DNA of 64,000 nucleotides from the human T2T-CHM13v2.0 reference genome, Homo sapiens. The notes beneath the pieces are model-generated. The model ran no database searches. It was not told the DNA's origin and saw nothing but the letters and a program-made list of their open reading frames with translations. How positions within the stretch are numbered: position 1 is the first letter of the stretch; each line of letters starts with the position of its first letter. Position numbers and translations under genes: made by a program. The DNA is taken from NCBI RefSeq assembly GCF_009914755.1, contig NC_060935.1. One strand, 5' to 3'. Of the stretch, positions 60,301 through 64,000 are shown piece after piece.

Positions 60301-61309
60301 CCTCTTGGGGGCTGTTTGCCAGCATTCTCATCCCCAAGATCTGGGCATTCTCATCCCTGGGATCTGGGATTCCCATTTGCCTTCCTGAATTGTAGCTCAC
60401 AGAGTTTATCTTCATGGACCACCTTGCTATTTCCAAGCGAGTGAGGCCTACTAAAACCGCTAATCTGCCAGGTTGGCAAAAAAAAACCCCACAATTTTTC
60501 TTTACAGAAGAATTACAAGCACACAGATAAGTATTTAACGTCAATCTTTTGGTGGTACATCTGTTATGGGACATATACCCCCAAGAACAACACACACACA
60601 TGCGCACACACACAATTCTAAATTACATTCATTGGTCTTCTTGTGAGTAGCATGACAATTACTATTATTATTGGACTAATAAAATATATAAATATAAAAC
60701 TTTAAAGTATTAAAAGAGTAAATTTTCAGAGTAAAAGAGATGCGTATGTAAAATTTTTTAAGTTAAATAAAAACCTAGAAGCTTTGATTTAGAAATGTCA
60801 GTATGAATTCATAATTAATTTTTTCTTAAAAATGACCGGTTTTCTAGCTGTGTCCACTGAAAAGGCCTGAAAGAACAATGAATACCCTAAATGCACAAAT
60901 AATACTCAAATTATGTTCTCCAAATTCCATTTATCCCTAAAAGAAATTAGGACTTTCTTAGAGAAGTGACTGATTTAAGGCTTCAGGTAGGAAATATACC
61001 AGATCAGCCTGGGACTTCTTATTGTACCTATAGAGTACCTGTGGTCATGATGAAAGGAAAATTTAAAAGCCTCCCTTGACAATTTGAGCTCGAAAAGCAT
61101 CATGAATCCAATAAACTGAAGCACATTGACTCTCTAAAACTCCATGCTTTCATACTAATACACACTACACACACACAAATCACTGATTATCTTTGTTGGA
61201 TGCAGAAATCACCCTTCTGAGAATTGTTATAAAAAGGGATTTCAGATTTTATCCTGGCTTCTCTGTTAGTACTGTTTTCTTACAGTTACAAATACCAAAT
61301 AACCAGATA

Positions 61310-61641
61310 CTGTCATGAGTCACTTAACAATAGATTCAAAGAAATGCATTGTTAGGTTATTTCATCATGTGCAAGCATCACAGAGTATACTTACATACAC
61401 CTGGATGGCACAGCCTACTCTACACTTAGGCTATATGATATAGCCTATTGTTTTTATGCAAAAAAAAAAAAAAAAACCTGTAAAGCATGTTACTGAACTG
61501 AATACTGTAGGCAATTGTAACACAATAGTAAGTATATGTGTATCTAAACATATCTATACATAGAAAAGATACAGTAAAAATATGGTATAACCTTATGAGA
61601 CCAATGTCCCAAATGTGGTCTGTCATTGTGGCACTTGACTG
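61310..61641. mobile_element. Short Tigger3 derivative (~330 bp) within old L1M sequence
   Basis: TA|ctgtcatg...ttgactg|TA; shares internal motifs with 47878-49019. Confidence 0.8.
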
Positions 61642-62487
61642 TAGTTGATGAAGGATATCTCCACTATATGAAAGAATCACAACTAATAAATGAAAAAGGA
61701 ATGATCGAATTTAAAAATAGCAAATAACTTAGGCAATCATTATTAGTAGATGTTAAAACCACTAGGTAAAATGCTGATGAAGAATATTTAGTAAAAATAT
61801 CAGGCAGCCATCATCTGATCCTACTGATTTTAACATCACTGAAAGAGACACACACAAACATTAAGTGCATCCTGATACGGTAGAATCAGGATGAACCCAG
61901 CACAACCTCTTTAATTTTTGCTTTAAAAATTTTTATTATAAACCTAATTAAAATTATGACTGATATTTTCCACAAAATGCTGGAGGAAAAAGAACTTTTT
62001 AAATAAAACCACAAGGAAGGAATCAAATAAATTCTGAATGTACGGTATTCTGTAGAGCAAAAGGACCAGTTTCTCCCACAAATAAAGGACACACAGATAT
62101 AAAGTGGGGAATGGAACTGTTATAGCGTTGAAATAGACTAAAGAGCAATAACAGCAAAACACAACATGTAAACCATCTCAGGATCTTGATTCAAACAAAT
62201 CATCTATAAATGATGACTCTAAGACTATGAGGAAAATGTAAATATGAACTGAATATTAGATGAGGAAGAAGGAATTATAGTAGGAATAATAGGTTTTTAA
62301 AAGTCTTCATCAATAGAGGTACCTATTGAAGTACGTACAGGTCAAATGATATGTCTGGAATTTGTCTTAAAATATCCAAAAGAAACAAACAGAATTTAGG
62401 GAGTAGAATATATGGAACATGACAAGCAGAATGTTCATAAATGTTGAAGCTCAGTGATGGGTTAATGGACATTTATTATATTATCTA

Positions 62488-62848
<361 letters not shown>

Positions 62849-63580
62849 TTTTTAAAGACCTGAGATTTAGATTCCTTGGCAGAAAAAGATATCCACAAAA
62901 TATCACTAAAAACCTTTTAACAGAGAACACAGATATATCTCCATGTCTTGGTTTTTAGCATCTATAATGAAATACTAGAACATTGTCTCTTAAGATTACT
63001 TTTTATGAAAAGGAGAAACTTAGACCAAATGAAATCTATATTTTCCATGCTTTTAATAAAAGAAACTTTTGTTCTCAGAAAAATATTATAATATGCCCCC
63101 TTGATATTTTCTACTTTGTTTCCCAGTGTTTTGTAATAGTAATACCGGTTGTATCTTTATAAAATATATAGTTAATGATTCATAACTATGCAAGAATAAA
63201 TGTTTTACATGGCACTACATTAGATGAATCCAAATAAAATTTACTAAACAGCTGGTTGCTCCCACCATGTAAAATCAAGTTGCAATTTCAATAAGTAAAT
63301 AAATTATTGTTTACATTACCATTGCCTCTTGACCTCAATGTCAGAGTATATAGTAAAAGAAGTTAGCAACTTAACTTTTGTTAACATGTGACTTAGCTAT
63401 AACATAACATTTGCAAATATTCTGAGCTGGCCAATTTCTTATCTTTTTAATCTATTTTCTAAATTTGAATTAAACCCATGTCAGTTATCAGAAAACTCCT
63501 ACATCTTGACAAACATCTGGATTCTCTCATCAGTGATCTCTGTGGCATGTTACTATTAACCTCCAACAGGAACCAATAAC

Positions 63581-63876
63581 TTTTTTTATTTTTTGAGATA
63601 GAGTCTTACTCTGTTGCCCAGGCTGTAGCGCAATGGCTTGATCTCAGCTGACTGCACCCTCCGCCTCCTGGGTTCAAGCAATTCTCCCACCTCAGCCTCC
63701 CAAGTAGCTGGGAATACAGGCAAGCGCCACCACACCCAGCTAATTTTTGTATTTTTAGTACAGACGAGGTTTTACCATGTTGGCCAGGCTGGTCTTGAAC
63801 TCCTGACCTCAGGTGATCCACCAGCCTTGGCCTCCCCAAGTGCTGGGATTACAGGCGTGAGCCACCTCACCCAGCC
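63581..63876 (-). mobile_element. AluS (Sx-like)
   Basis: ttttgagatagagtcttactctg...ctgacctcaggtgatcc...gccacctcacccagcc. Confidence 0.92.
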
Positions 63877-64000
63877 TAGTAACTAGTAACTCTTTAAGAG
63901 AACATCGCCACAGTGCTTTAGAAACATTTAAACGCTAAATATTACATCTGTGGCAGAAACCAGCCCACTTAACCTGTGTCCTCCTCTCCCTGGGAATACA

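Noticed and set aside
59222-60613. Cluster of 64-124 aa ORFs
   Set aside because: Mostly within the GC-richer L1 5' UTR where stops are rarer; no protein similarity recognised.

Overview
Primate (human or near-human) genomic DNA, AT-rich and dominated by repeats. It holds the 3' end of CNTN5 (contactin-5/NB-2) on the + strand. Five coding exons (1634-1743, 33738-33924, 34368-34480, 43977-44145, 49392-49495) splice in frame via GT-AG introns and encode the last two fibronectin type III domains and the GPI-anchor signal. A ~2.65 kb 3' UTR follows, probably ending shortly after the AATAAA at 52131. The 32 kb intron contains a disabled, 3'-truncated RPA2 processed pseudogene, a full-length sense L1PB, nested L1/Alu insertions and several LTRs. 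Downstream of the gene lies a full-length antisense L1PA15/16-type element carrying a MADE1 MITE and an Alu. I found no convincing novel multi-gene system, CRISPR array or structural RNA gene. The best leads are RNA-processing hypotheses: a stop codon inside a donor site paired with an L2-derived poly(A) site (secreted short CNTN5), a strong-looking cryptic acceptor in the RPA2 retrocopy upstream of a weak real acceptor, a 300-nt phase 0-0 exon pair (hybrid FNIII by skipping, or a stop-free circRNA), and a perfect Hsmar1/SETMAR TIR core. Repeat subfamily names come from recognising consensus motifs by eye, and boundaries of old repeats are approximate.
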